A stretch of 38,848 bases of DNA, taken from positions 1 through 38,848 of the forward strand of contig JAGGWD010000001.1 in assembly GCA_021157625.1 (NCBI GenBank), given 5' to 3'. Of the stretch, positions 10,287 through 19,110 are shown in pieces (positions within the stretch are counted from its first letter, which is position 1; the number at the start of each line of letters is the position of its first letter). A model generated the notes under the pieces. The model saw only the letters and a program-made list of their open reading frames with translations, searched no databases and had not been told where the DNA came from. Made by a program: the position numbers and the translations under genes. This stretch comes from a bacterium (GTDB lineage Bacteria; Patescibacteriota; Minisyncoccia; Minisyncoccales; JAGGXC01).

Positions 10287-10810
10287 TGTCTATTTTTACT
10301 TTCTCAAAAAACACTTTTGAAGGACAACTTCCTGGAGAAGAAACTATTCTTGTGACAAGGAAACATTGGATTTTCTTAGTACTGCCTCTTTTCTTGATTT
10401 TTTTCCTAGGAGCAATAATATTAGCTTTCACTTTCTGGATAAGTTCTTTTTCTTGGTATGAGAGATTCTCTCCAATATGGCAATTTATTCTCAGTCTAAT
10501 CTTTTTAATTCTCTGGAATCTTGGATTTTGGTGGATTATGATTTATTCTCTTAATACCATCATAATAACCAACAAAAGAATAATCGAAAACAAGCAACTA
10601 GGTCTTTTCAAGCATATAGTTAATGAATTACAACTAAAGGATATACAAGATATTTCGGTAAAAATTATAGGACCCTTTGCTCATCTTATGAACTATGGAG
10701 ATATAGAAGTCCAGAGCGCCGGAACAGTAGCAAAGTTCTTTTTCAATCAGCTTCCTTGGCCAGAGAAAATAAAAAATGTCATTATGGAACAAAAAATCAA
10801 AGAATCATAG
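10283..10810 (+). CDS. Membrane protein with bacterial PH domain (bPH_2-like)
   Basis: RKHW, two TM helices, IITNKRII, IQDISV, NYGDIEVQSAG. Confidence 0.85.
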   Translation: MMSIFTFSKNTFEGQLPGEETILVTRKHWIFLVLPLFLIFFLGAIILAFTFWISSFSWYERFSPIWQFILSLIFLILWNLGFWWIMIYSLNTIIITNKRIIENKQLGLFKHIVNELQLKDIQDISVKIIGPFAHLMNYGDIEVQSAGTVAKFFFNQLPWPEKIKNVIMEQKIKES

Positions 10811-10871
10811 AACAGAAGCACTCCAGCGTAATTTGATCTTTTACCAATAAATAAATGTTTGATGAAATCAA

Positions 10872-11951
10872 CTAAATACCTTCTTGCCTTAATTTTTCTA
10901 AGAGTTCTCTTTGTTTCTTAGTTAGCCTTCGAGGTGTTTTTATTTTAAGTTTTACATAAAGATTTCCTCTCCCGAAACCACTAAAATGTGGGATACCTTT
11001 TTTTGAAATTCTAAATAATTTACCTGATTGAGTGCCAGGAGGAACTTTCAGAAGGAGAGTCTTGCCTTCAAGAGTCGGAACTTCTACTTCATCTCCCAGG
11101 GCAGCTTGTGAAAAAGAAATGGGTATTTCTACATAAAGATCATCTCCTCTCCTTTCAAAAATAGGATGTTTTCTTACTGAAATTCGTAAATATAGATCGC
11201 CTGGTTTTCCTTTCTTTCTTCCTGCATCACCCTTTCCTTTGATCTTAATCATCTGTCCTGAATCAACTCCTGCAGGAATAGTGACATCTATTTTTTCTTC
11301 CCCTATAATTCTTCCTTCACCTTTACAAACATTGCATGGCTTCTCGGGACGAAATCCTTCGCCTCCACATTCGGGGCATACTACGTATCGTGTTACGGTG
11401 CCAAAAAATGTTCTCTTTATCTCCTGAACCTGTCCTGTACCTCTGCAAGAAAAACATTCATTTAAACGGGTGCCGGGTTCAGCCCCGCTACCTTGACAGC
11501 GAGGACAAACAATATACTTTCTCAAAATAATTTCTTTGTGTTGATCTTTTAAAGTTTCGGCAAGAGACAATTCAATTTCAACCTCTATATCTTTTCCTCT
11601 CTTTAAATCCTTTTTAGGAGGCCAGAAACCTCCGCCAAAGAACTCCTCAAAAATATCACCTAAATCTTCAAATTCAAAATCAAAACCAGGTTTTTTCTTC
11701 CATTCTGAAAAATCAAAACCAAAACCTCCCTCGCCTGGAGTCGCTCCTTCAAATACTCGTCCAAATCTATCATATTGAGCCCTTTTCTCTTTATCAGAAA
11801 GAACCTGATATGCCTCGTTTATTTCTTTAAACTTTTTTTCGTCTCCTCCTTTATCAGGATGATATTTATGAGCCAAGCGACGATATGCTTTTTTGATCTC
11901 TTCCTGAGAAGCATTCCGAGGAACACCTAAAATTTTGTAATAATCTTTCAT
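10872..11951 (-). CDS. dnaJ: Chaperone DnaJ
   Basis: J-domain HPD, G/F region, four CxxCxGxG repeats. Confidence 0.98.
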   Translation of the reverse strand: MKDYYKILGVPRNASQEEIKKAYRRLAHKYHPDKGGDEKKFKEINEAYQVLSDKEKRAQYDRFGRVFEGATPGEGGFGFDFSEWKKKPGFDFEFEDLGDIFEEFFGGGFWPPKKDLKRGKDIEVEIELSLAETLKDQHKEIILRKYIVCPRCQGSGAEPGTRLNECFSCRGTGQVQEIKRTFFGTVTRYVVCPECGGEGFRPEKPCNVCKGEGRIIGEEKIDVTIPAGVDSGQMIKIKGKGDAGRKKGKPGDLYLRISVRKHPIFERRGDDLYVEIPISFSQAALGDEVEVPTLEGKTLLLKVPPGTQSGKLFRISKKGIPHFSGFGRGNLYVKLKIKTPRRLTKKQRELLEKLRQEGI

Positions 11952-11969
11952 ACTTCTTTAAAATGAATA

Positions 11970-13841
11970 TTACTTTTCTTTATATTCTCCTTCTTGAGCA
12001 TCAGAATCAGAGTCTTTCTTATTGTTACCTTTTTCCTGAGCTCTTCTATAAAGCTCGGTTCCTACTTTCTGAAGAGCCTGAGAAAGCTGAGAAGTTTTGG
12101 TATCTATTTCTTCCTTGTTCTCTCCTTCTTTTGCTTTCTTTAACTCCTCTATCTTTTGCTCAATTTCTTTCTTAAGATCATCTGGAATTTTATCAGCATT
12201 ATCTCTCAGGCTTTTCTCAGCTGCATAGATTAAACTATCAGCTTTGTTTTTTGATTCAATCAATTCTTGTTTCTTTCTATCCTCTTCGGCATGTAATTCC
12301 GCTTCTCTTTTCATTCTCTCAATTTCTTCTTTAGAAATACCACATGATCCCTCAATACGGATTGATTGTTCTCTTCCTGTAGCTTTATCTCTTGCTGATA
12401 CATTCAGAATACCATTTGCATCAATATCAAAGGTAACTTCAATCTGAGGGACCCCACGTGGAGCAGGAGGAATTCCATCTAAAATAAACCTTCCTAAAGT
12501 TTTATTATCTGCTGCCATTGGTCTTTCTCCTTGAAGGACATGGATTTCTACAGATGTCTGATTATCAGCTGCGGTAGAAAAAATCTGGGTTTTGGAAGTA
12601 GGAATAGTGGTATTCTTGGGAATCAAAATAGTATTAACACCACCCAATGTTTCAATTCCTAAAGATAAAGGAGTAACATCCAAAAGAAGCACATCTCTAA
12701 CCTCGCCCTGAAGAATACCACCCTCCACTGCCGCTCCAATGGCTACTACCTCATCCGGATTAATTCCCTGACATGGCTCCTTACCAAATAATTTTTTAAT
12801 TTCTTCTTTTATTTTGGGCATTCTTGTCTGGCCTCCTACCAAAACTATCTCTTCAATATCCTTGGGCTCCAGTTTGGCTTCCTTTAATGTTTGCTTAACT
12901 AGCTCAATTGATCTATCAATGTATTCTTTTACTAAATTCTCAAACTGCGCTCTGGTTAACTTATAGTAAAGATGCTTTGGTCCAGAGGCATCAGAAGTGA
13001 TAAAGGGAAGATTAATCTCTGTCTCCAAAGTGGTAGAAAGCTCAATTTTTGCTTTCTCAGCAGCCTCTTTTAATCTTTGAAGCGCCAACTTATCTTTAGA
13101 TAAATCAATTCCTTGATCTTTTTTGAACTGCTCTACCAACCAGTCCATTATCTTTTGATCAAAATCATCACCTCCCAAATGAGTATCTCCTCCTGTCGCT
13201 TTCACCTCTACTGTATCTTCTCCTACGTCTAATATAGAAATATCAAAAGTACCTCCTCCAAAATCATAGACTACAATTTGCTGATTTTTCTTTTTAGTTA
13301 ATCCATAAGCAAGAGCAGCAGCTGTTGGTTCATTAATTACTCTTCTTACCTTAAATCCAGCAATCTCTCCTGCCACTTTTGTAGCCTTTCTTTGAGAATC
13401 ATCAAAATAAGCAGGACAGGTTATAATTGCTTCCTCGATTTTCTCTCCTAATTTTTCTTCCGCATCTCTTTTTAACTTCTGAAGGATCATTGCAGAGATC
13501 TCTACTGGTTTATACCATTTATCTCCCATTTTCACCTCTACTCCTCCTTCTGATGACTCTCTGATATCATAAGGAAGAAGTTTCTTATCACGCTGAACTT
13601 CGGGATCACTAAATCTTCGTCCTATGAGTCTTTTAATAGAGAAAATAGTATTCTTGGGATTAGTAATCTGTTGACGTCTCGCTGTTACACCCACTAATAT
13701 CTCTCCACTTTTTGACAATGCAACAACAGAAGGGGTAGTTCTTGCTCCTTCTTTGTTTTCTATAATCCGTGGTTCTCCTCCTTCAACCACGGCCATTGCT
13801 GAGAAAGTTGTACCTAAATCTATGCCTAATATTTTTCCCAT
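11970..13841 (-). CDS. dnaK: Chaperone DnaK
   Basis: [43 protein letters not shown]. Confidence 0.99.
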   Translation of the reverse strand: MGKILGIDLGTTFSAMAVVEGGEPRIIENKEGARTTPSVVALSKSGEILVGVTARRQQITNPKNTIFSIKRLIGRRFSDPEVQRDKKLLPYDIRESSEGGVEVKMGDKWYKPVEISAMILQKLKRDAEEKLGEKIEEAIITCPAYFDDSQRKATKVAGEIAGFKVRRVINEPTAAALAYGLTKKKNQQIVVYDFGGGTFDISILDVGEDTVEVKATGGDTHLGGDDFDQKIMDWLVEQFKKDQGIDLSKDKLALQRLKEAAEKAKIELSTTLETEINLPFITSDASGPKHLYYKLTRAQFENLVKEYIDRSIELVKQTLKEAKLEPKDIEEIVLVGGQTRMPKIKEEIKKLFGKEPCQGINPDEVVAIGAAVEGGILQGEVRDVLLLDVTPLSLGIETLGGVNTILIPKNTTIPTSKTQIFSTAADNQTSVEIHVLQGERPMAADNKTLGRFILDGIPPAPRGVPQIEVTFDIDANGILNVSARDKATGREQSIRIEGSCGISKEEIERMKREAELHAEEDRKKQELIESKNKADSLIYAAEKSLRDNADKIPDDLKKEIEQKIEELKKAKEGENKEEIDTKTSQLSQALQKVGTELYRRAQEKGNNKKDSDSDAQEGEYKEK

Positions 13842-13877
13842 AGTTTTTAAAAATTATTTATTAATAAAGACCACATC

Positions 13878-13913
13878 CTGCCGACTATCTCTAAAATTTA
13901 AGACAGTCGGCAG
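13878..13913 (-). other. Intergenic 13-bp stem-loop between hsp20 and dnaK
   Basis: Minus-strand CTGCCGACTGTCT / AGATAGTCGGCAG with a 10-nt loop and no U-tract. Confidence 0.7.
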
Positions 13914-13926
13914 AACCCAGTCTTTA

Positions 13927-14337
13927 TTATTTCTTAACTTTAATTTTTATCTTCTTTGCCTTTTCTTTTTTCTCGGGCTTTGCTTTAGGAATAGTAATAG
14001 TCAATATTCCATCGGCATATTCAGCCTCCGCTTTCTCGTCAATCACATCTACAGGCAATGGTACAGCTCTCTGATAATACCCTCGAGAAAGTTCTCTTCG
14101 ATAATATCCTTTCTTTTTCTCCTCTTTAGAAGTCTCACTCTTAGCCTCTACCTTAAGAATGTTGTTTTTAACCTCTACCTCTATATTCTTTGGATCTACA
14201 CCAGGCAGTTCCACCTCCGCTATTACTTTTCCATCTTTTTCATAAATATCCATCTTAGGAGTCTTCATTGAAGGCCATTCTTCTTCAAACCATCTCTCAA
14301 GTTCCCAGAAAGGATTACGATAAGGAATTAGAGACAT
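13927..14337 (-). CDS. Hsp20/alpha-crystallin small heat-shock protein
   Basis: P.MDIYE, ELPGV, YYRRE..G.Y.R...LP, Y.DGILTITIPK, C-terminal I-K-I motif. Confidence 0.95.
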   Translation of the reverse strand: MSLIPYRNPFWELERWFEEEWPSMKTPKMDIYEKDGKVIAEVELPGVDPKNIEVEVKNNILKVEAKSETSKEEKKKGYYRRELSRGYYQRAVPLPVDVIDEKAEAEYADGILTITIPKAKPEKKEKAKKIKIKVKK

Positions 14338-14380
14338 ATTAATTATTTTTTTTAATTTTTAAATACTTAGCGACCTTTGT

Positions 14381-14923
14381 TTATTTTGAAACTTTAACTT
14401 TAGCAGGTCTTAGTACTTTGTCTTCTAATATGTAACCTTTCTGCACTTCTTCTATTACTATTCCTGATTCTTTATCTTTTACTTCTACTTCTTCAACAAC
14501 TTCATGAAAATTGGGGTCAAATTTCTTTCCTAATGACTGAATTTCTTTTAAGCCTTGATTTTTTAAAAAATCCAGAAGTTGAATTTTGATCTGAAGCAAT
14601 CCTTTTAAATATTGATTTTCCTTCATGTCTTCTGGGATCTCTTTCTCTGCTTTCTCAAAGTTATCCAAGACAGGCAAAATCTTCAAAATGAATTCCTCAT
14701 TGGCATATTTTATAATATCTTTAAATCTTTCTGTCTCTTCTTTTTTGTAATTAAGAAAATTAGCTCTTTCACGTTGCCATCCTGCTAAAAACTCTTCTTT
14801 TTCTTTCTGGCATTTCTCTAATGCTTTCTTTAAATCAGAGACAGACAATTCTTTCTCTGCGCTAGCCTTCTGTGTTTTGGATTCTCTATCTATTTCTTTG
14901 GTGGTATCTTCTTTTTTCTCCAT
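14381..14923 (-). CDS. grpE: Nucleotide exchange factor GrpE
   Basis: RANFLNYKK, LPVLDNFE, FDPNFHE, GY....VLRPAKVKV. Confidence 0.97.
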   Translation of the reverse strand: MEKKEDTTKEIDRESKTQKASAEKELSVSDLKKALEKCQKEKEEFLAGWQRERANFLNYKKEETERFKDIIKYANEEFILKILPVLDNFEKAEKEIPEDMKENQYLKGLLQIKIQLLDFLKNQGLKEIQSLGKKFDPNFHEVVEEVEVKDKESGIVIEEVQKGYILEDKVLRPAKVKVSK

Positions 14924-14935
14924 CTTAATTTACTC

Positions 14936-15661
14936 TTAATTTTCTTGTAATGAATGAGTTAAGAGGTTTATAAGAGATATATTTTTATTATAATTCATTC
15001 TCTTCGGTCCTAAAATAGCAAACATTCCTTCACAACCCAATTCAGTACATGTAAATCGCGCTGTGATGATACTAAAATCACTGCTTTTGAAAACTGGATT
15101 TTCTTTTCCTATATATACCTTGGGCTCTCCAGAAGCTTGAGCAACGATCTCCTTAATATGCTTCTCAAATCTTTCTATCATTTTAATAAATTCAAGAGTA
15201 ATTTCTTTGCCTTGAAATTCTGGTTCAGAGAGCACCCTTCTCCATCCTTCTTTCCAAAGAAGATCTTCTTCTACTAAATAAGTTAAACCCAAATTAGAAG
15301 AATAATCCGCAATCACTCTACTTGCCACCTGAATCAACTTGACTGCATTTTCCATCTCTCTCTCTATTTCTTTTAAAATTTTGCTTTGTTTTTCTTCAGT
15401 GAAAAAACTACACTCTTTCTTGCAGAGAGAATCCACAAAGAACCGATAACCCTTATCAGTAGGTACCCTCCCTGCTGATGTATGGGGCTGATAAAGAAAT
15501 CCTTGATCAGTAAGCTTCTGCATTTCTATTCTAAGAGTTGCAGGAGATACACCAAAATTATACTTCTCCCAAAGAAGCTTAGAACTCACCGGTAAAGCAG
15601 AATGTATATATTCTTTTACTATTTTTTCTAATATCTTTTCTTGTCGCGCAGTAATAGCCAT
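14936..15661 (-). CDS. hrcA: Heat-inducible transcription repressor HrcA (short form)
   Basis: PVSS, SPATLR.EM, QPHTSAGRVPTDKGYR, ILGPKRMNY. Start set at ATG 15661, downstream of the promoter. Confidence 0.93.
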   Translation of the reverse strand: MAITARQEKILEKIVKEYIHSALPVSSKLLWEKYNFGVSPATLRIEMQKLTDQGFLYQPHTSAGRVPTDKGYRFFVDSLCKKECSFFTEEKQSKILKEIEREMENAVKLIQVASRVIADYSSNLGLTYLVEEDLLWKEGWRRVLSEPEFQGKEITLEFIKMIERFEKHIKEIVAQASGEPKVYIGKENPVFKSSDFSIITARFTCTELGCEGMFAILGPKRMNYNKNISLINLLTHSLQEN

Positions 15662-15678
15662 TAACTCTATTTTAAAAA

Positions 15679-15705
15679 TTATCACTCTCTTGTCAAGAGT
15701 GCTAA
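15679..15705 (-). promoter_or_regulatory. CIRCE operator overlapping the hrcA-operon promoter
   Basis: Minus strand TTAGCACTC-N9-GAGTGATAA (one mismatch to CIRCE). TTGACA lies in the spacer (15691-15696) and TAAAAT at 15669-15674. Confidence 0.93.
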
Positions 15706-15718
15706 TTCAAAAGTTAAT

Positions 15719-15741
15719 CAAAAAGCTCTCTTCGAGAGCTT
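15719..15741 (-). terminator. Intrinsic terminator of the 406-aa nucleotidyltransferase-like gene
   Basis: AAGCTCTC-GAA-GAGAGCTT followed by a U-run on the minus strand. Confidence 0.75.
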
Positions 15742-15782
15742 ATTAAAAATATAAAAAAGAGGGAGAGGTTATTTAAAGATCT

Positions 15783-17003
15783 CTAAGAAGTGATTTGTAG
15801 TGTTGTGTTGCTTTTTATCTGTCTCCAAGATGGAAATGCAATAAGAGAACTAACATCTCTCTTCCAATCCCCTGTCTGGAAAATCAAATTACATAGAAAT
15901 TCTTTGTCATTTTCTACATAGTTACAAAACACACATTTCTTGATCTTGCAGCGCTGAGGACAACCATTACAATTTATTTCTATAAATTTATGCTCACAGG
16001 ACATCATTTTGGACTTTCTCTCTCTTCTATCTTTCTCCTTTTGTCTTCTTTCCTCTAGTATCTTATCAATCACTTCCGATAAAGAAACTTCTTCCTTGAA
16101 ACTAAATTCCTGATATTTAAAAGTATCCAGAAGTTCTTGCTCTTTAGCAAAAAGTTCAAACGAAGGCAGATCTGTAAATCCAAGATAGTTGAGCGCTCTT
16201 ATCCACCTTTGTCTTAATTGCGGCTCTGCATCTCTATATTCCTCTGCTATTATACGACCATATCTGCCAAGATTTGCTCCTTCAGGAAGGAGTCCTTTTT
16301 TTTGCAATCGATTCATTTCTTCTAGATGCACTTTAATCATCCAAGAAGGTAACCAAATCTTTGTTACTCTGCCCTCAACCCAAAATCTAAGCAATCTGAA
16401 AAACCCGTAGTTTGAAGGAACCATCCTGCCTGCATCATAGCGAATGGTCTTCCAACCGCCACTTGTTAGCATACCAATCCCGTTAATGAGATCACGCCAG
16501 CACCGAGGAGTATAATATGCTATCCATTTTTCATTTTCAGGAACAAGAACCACCTCATTGAAAGTAAGATCCCGACTCCGAAGAATTTTTGCAAGCGTCT
16601 TTGTCTTTTTGCATTCATCCTTAAAACTTCCTCTTACGGGCTCAATATCTCTTCCATCAAAACGAATTTCTTTTTCTGAAATTACAGAAGAAAGCATTCC
16701 TTTCAAAGCAGTTTCTTTCTCCAGAAGATAATCTCTACTTTTTGCTAATGGCTGGGAATGCAACACAATGATATCAATATCATGTATTTTGTCTTCTATT
16801 TCCATTCTTTTTCTCTCTATATACTTTCCTACATTGATCATATTATGAAGCAATACCAATCGTGCCAACCCTCCTTTTATTGCTAAGTTTCTTTCTTGTC
16901 CAAGCCTCTTAAGAACCTCTCTCGCTATCTCAGGCACTATACTCAAATCCATCTCTGCTTTATATATTTTCATTTCTCTCCCCCTTTTTTCTATTTTTTT
17001 CAA
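15783..17003 (-). CDS. Divergent class II nucleotidyltransferase (CCA-adding/poly(A) polymerase head-like) with Cys-rich C-terminal tail
   Basis: AIKGGLAR...DIDI, RSRDLTFNE (cf. RRDFTINA), RDL..G, FRLLRF; C-terminal CEH..CNGC..C..CVFC..C. TTG start 5 nt after GGAGGTG. Confidence 0.6.
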   Translation of the reverse strand: MKKIEKRGREMKIYKAEMDLSIVPEIAREVLKRLGQERNLAIKGGLARLVLLHNMINVGKYIERKRMEIEDKIHDIDIIVLHSQPLAKSRDYLLEKETALKGMLSSVISEKEIRFDGRDIEPVRGSFKDECKKTKTLAKILRSRDLTFNEVVLVPENEKWIAYYTPRCWRDLINGIGMLTSGGWKTIRYDAGRMVPSNYGFFRLLRFWVEGRVTKIWLPSWMIKVHLEEMNRLQKKGLLPEGANLGRYGRIIAEEYRDAEPQLRQRWIRALNYLGFTDLPSFELFAKEQELLDTFKYQEFSFKEEVSLSEVIDKILEERRQKEKDRRERKSKMMSCEHKFIEINCNGCPQRCKIKKCVFCNYVENDKEFLCNLIFQTGDWKRDVSSLIAFPSWRQIKSNTTLQITS

Positions 17004-17035
17004 GGTACCACCTCCTATAACAATTTTGTATTTTA

Positions 17036-17063
17036 ATTATAACAGAAATAATTTATTTGTCAA
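17036..17063 (-). promoter_or_regulatory. Consensus sigma70 promoter of the nucleotidyltransferase-like gene
   Basis: TTGACA, 16 bp including TG, TATAAT. Confidence 0.75.
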
Positions 17064-17132
17064 CCCAGCTAATTTCAGGCTTCCAATTAAACAATTAAAT
17101 TTTGGAGCGATCTAATCTCTTAGTTTCCAATC

Positions 17133-17165
17133 AAAAAAGGCTCACTATTTCTATTTAAGTGAGCC
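17133..17165 (-). terminator. Intrinsic terminator of the Zn-ribbon ORF
   Basis: GGCTCACT...AGTGAGCC followed by TTTTTT. Confidence 0.75.
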
Positions 17166-17168
17166 AGA

Positions 17169-17438
17169 TTATTTAACCCTTTCTTGCTTTTTGAGTCTTT
17201 GCCCTTTCTGTTTCATTTTCTGGATTCGAGGAATTTTAAAAAGCATCTTGTCTCCTATATATTTCCAGTATTTTCCGCATTTTCTACATTTATGAAAACC
17301 GGTTTCTCTATCAAGATAAAGAAATCCATGGCACTCAGGACAGAACAGCGTCTTTGTTTTGCCGGCCACTTCTACTTTGCCTTCTTTTTCTTGCTCTTTT
17401 TTCTTTTTCTTTGGGTCTATTATTATACATATTTTCAT
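17169..17438 (-). CDS. Small basic Zn-ribbon protein (CPEC...CRKC)
   Basis: Two CxxC pairs; GGAGTG 6 nt before ATG 17438; own terminator. Confidence 0.6.
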   Translation of the reverse strand: MKICIIIDPKKKKKEQEKEGKVEVAGKTKTLFCPECHGFLYLDRETGFHKCRKCGKYWKYIGDKMLFKIPRIQKMKQKGQRLKKQERVK

Positions 17439-17456
17439 CCACATCACTCCATATTT

Positions 17457-17484
17457 TGAAAAAAAGGAGCTATGATTACTCCTC
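17457..17484 (-). terminator. Probable terminator after tRNA-Trp
   Basis: AGGAG...CTCCT hairpin followed by a T-run. Confidence 0.55.
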
Positions 17485-17490
17485 TCATGT

Positions 17491-17565
17491 TGGCGGGGGT
17501 GGCAGGACTCGAACCTGCAGGACCGGTTTTGGAGACCGACCGTTTACCAGTTAACGGACACCCCC
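17491..17565 (-). tRNA. tRNA-Trp(CCA), 3' CCA encoded
   Basis: GGGGGTG/CACCCCC acceptor stem, loop CTCCAAA, ends GCCA. Confidence 0.96.
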
Positions 17566-17661
17566 AAAAAAATCTTTAATTTTTCTTTTTTCTTTGTTTT
17601 ATATTACAGAAATTACAAAAATAATGCAAATATAAATCCAGTTTTTCTTTGTTCAAAGAAA

Positions 17662-17691
17662 TTGACAAATCTAATCTAAATATGTTATAAT
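17662..17691 (+). promoter_or_regulatory. Consensus sigma70 promoter of the inserted ORF
   Basis: TTGACA, 18 bp including TG, TATAAT. Confidence 0.75.
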
Positions 17692-17717
17692 AAATCTAAA
17701 AGGAGGTGAAAAGTATA

Positions 17718-17966
17718 TTGAGAAAATTATTGACTCTCTGTCCTCCACGAGATCTCGGACTAATAATAGTAACCCAAGGAGATCAATCCTGTTCTCATGA
17801 ATTCGAAGAAGTAAAATGGGATAGAGAACGATTTGGCCCTGATGTGGTAGATATGGATCCTGATCCTGGAGGAGCGATAGCTTTCCCAAAAGCCACTTAT
17901 AAATATCTTTTTCGTTGCAAGAAATGTGGAGCAGAAGTAATCAAAAGCGTTAGGGCACTAATCTAA
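17718..17966 (+). CDS. Small hypothetical protein with CxH...CxxC putative Zn-binding motif
   Basis: CSHEF...CKKCG; AAGGAGGTG 9 nt before in-frame TTG 17718; own promoter and terminator. Confidence 0.7.
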   Translation: MRKLLTLCPPRDLGLIIVTQGDQSCSHEFEEVKWDRERFGPDVVDMDPDPGGAIAFPKATYKYLFRCKKCGAEVIKSVRALI

Positions 17967-17992
17967 TCCTTTATTCTATTAAAATAAAATAA

Positions 17993-18020
17993 ATCTGCTC
18001 AAAAGAGCAGATCTTTTTTT
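17993..18020. terminator. Bidirectional terminator between the inserted ORF and rpmG
   Basis: ATCTGCTC-AAAAA-GAGCAGAT hairpin with a T-run on the + side and an A-rich left flank. Confidence 0.75.
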
Positions 18021-18064
18021 TAGAAGCATCCCAAATCCAACTCGACCCAAAATGTTCTTTTTTA

Positions 18065-18232
18065 TTATCTCTTTACTTCTTTATGAACCGTATGCTTTCT
18101 GCAAAACTTACAGAATTTCTTCAATTCTAACTTCTGCTCATGCAACTTCTTTGATTTATGAGTAAAATAATTAATTCTTTTACACTCCTGACACTGGAGT
18201 TTTACAAATGGTTTTTTCTTTTTCTTTGCCAT
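18065..18232 (-). CDS. rpmG: 50S ribosomal protein L33 (Zn-binding C+ type)
   Basis: LQCQECKRINY...LELKKFCKFCRKHTVHKE; start ATG 18232. Confidence 0.96.
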   Translation of the reverse strand: MAKKKKKPFVKLQCQECKRINYFTHKSKKLHEQKLELKKFCKFCRKHTVHKEVKR

Positions 18233-18247
18233 AATCTTATTTGCGTG

Positions 18248-18321
18248 AGCCTGGGAGGAGAATCGAACTCCTGACCTCCGCATTACCAGAGCGGTGCTCT
18301 AACCAACTGAGCTACCCAGGC
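18248..18321 (-). tRNA. tRNA-Thr(GGU)
   Basis: GCCTGGG/CCCAGGC stem, loop CTGGTAA, GTTCGATT. Confidence 0.95.
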
Positions 18322-18328
18322 AATCTAG

Positions 18329-18412
18329 TGGGCAGGGAGGGATTCGAACCCCCGAAGGCATGAAGCCACGTGGTTTACAGCCACGCCCGTTTGACCACTC
18401 CGGAACCTACCC
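18329..18412 (-). tRNA. tRNA-Tyr(GUA)
   Basis: GGGTAGG/CCTGCCC stem, loop CTGTAAA, long variable arm. Confidence 0.96.
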
Positions 18413-18500
18413 ATTTATCTCTGCTTATTTTACTATAGTAAATTTTATTTTTCAACAATCTCTTGAAAGAAAATCAACTTTCAATCCATAAAAACGTTAT

Positions 18501-18920
18501 TTATTTCTTATCTTTTTCATCACTCAAAACACCTCTTTTTATCTCTTTAATTTCAACTTTTTTGGGCTTAATTTCCTTTTCCAAATATTCTAATGCTTTC
18601 TCGGGTTGGGAGTGATCACCGCAAGTAAAAATGTCTACGGCTAAATAATTATATTCTGGCCAATAATGCAAAGCAATATGACTTTCTGCTAGCAATACAA
18701 CTCCCATTATTCCTTGAGGCCAAAACTTATGAACAGCAACCTTTAATGGAGTATTGTTGGCTTCTTTTGAGGCTTCAACCAAAAGCTTTTCCATCTCTTC
18801 CTTATCATCAATATTTTTCCCATCCCAAAATTCGGCAATCAAATGAACCCCAGCATATTTTACTGTTTTATGAGAAAATTGATTGTTCCACAAAATAGAA
18901 CTCTTTGTTTTTTTGATCAT
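18501..18920 (-). CDS. speD: S-adenosylmethionine decarboxylase proenzyme (short SpeD/SpeH type)
   Basis: G.HLIAE, HKFWPQG, LAESH cleavage site, WPE, DIFTCG. Start ATG 18920. Confidence 0.93.
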   Translation of the reverse strand: MIKKTKSSILWNNQFSHKTVKYAGVHLIAEFWDGKNIDDKEEMEKLLVEASKEANNTPLKVAVHKFWPQGIMGVVLLAESHIALHYWPEYNYLAVDIFTCGDHSQPEKALEYLEKEIKPKKVEIKEIKRGVLSDEKDKK

Positions 18921-19034
18921 ATTGATTGAAGCCAATTGCTTAGTCTCTATTTTTGAAAAAATAGAGACCTCTTATTTCTCTTTCAAGAAATAAGAAAAAA
19001 CAAAGAGCGAAACAAAAAGCAATTGGCAGTTAAT
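18921..19034 (-). ncRNA. Candidate structured cis-regulatory RNA in the speD leader (three-way junction)
   Basis: An 11-bp closing stem (19017-19027 / 18931-18941) encloses two hairpins (18970-18995 and 18942-18969). Confidence 0.55.
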
Positions 19035-19110
19035 TTCTTTAAATACTCAACCTTTTTTTATCACAAAAATAAATATGGGTCAACAAAAAATTTTAGCTTT
19101 TGTTTTCACT

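Noticed and set aside
13753-14271. 172-aa + strand ORF and the other short antisense ORFs in the track
   Set aside because: Shadow frames opposite conserved genes, with no independent signals.
18042-18048. GGGTCGA on the minus strand after the rpmG stop
   Set aside because: Matches the h26-complementary motif but precedes a terminator, not a credible gene. Not counted as support; it is a mild counter-example or a relic of the earlier gene order.
18233-18283. N-terminal extension of rpmG, and the ORFs at 9124-9327 and 17354-17554
   Set aside because: These frames run through tRNA genes and are artefacts.
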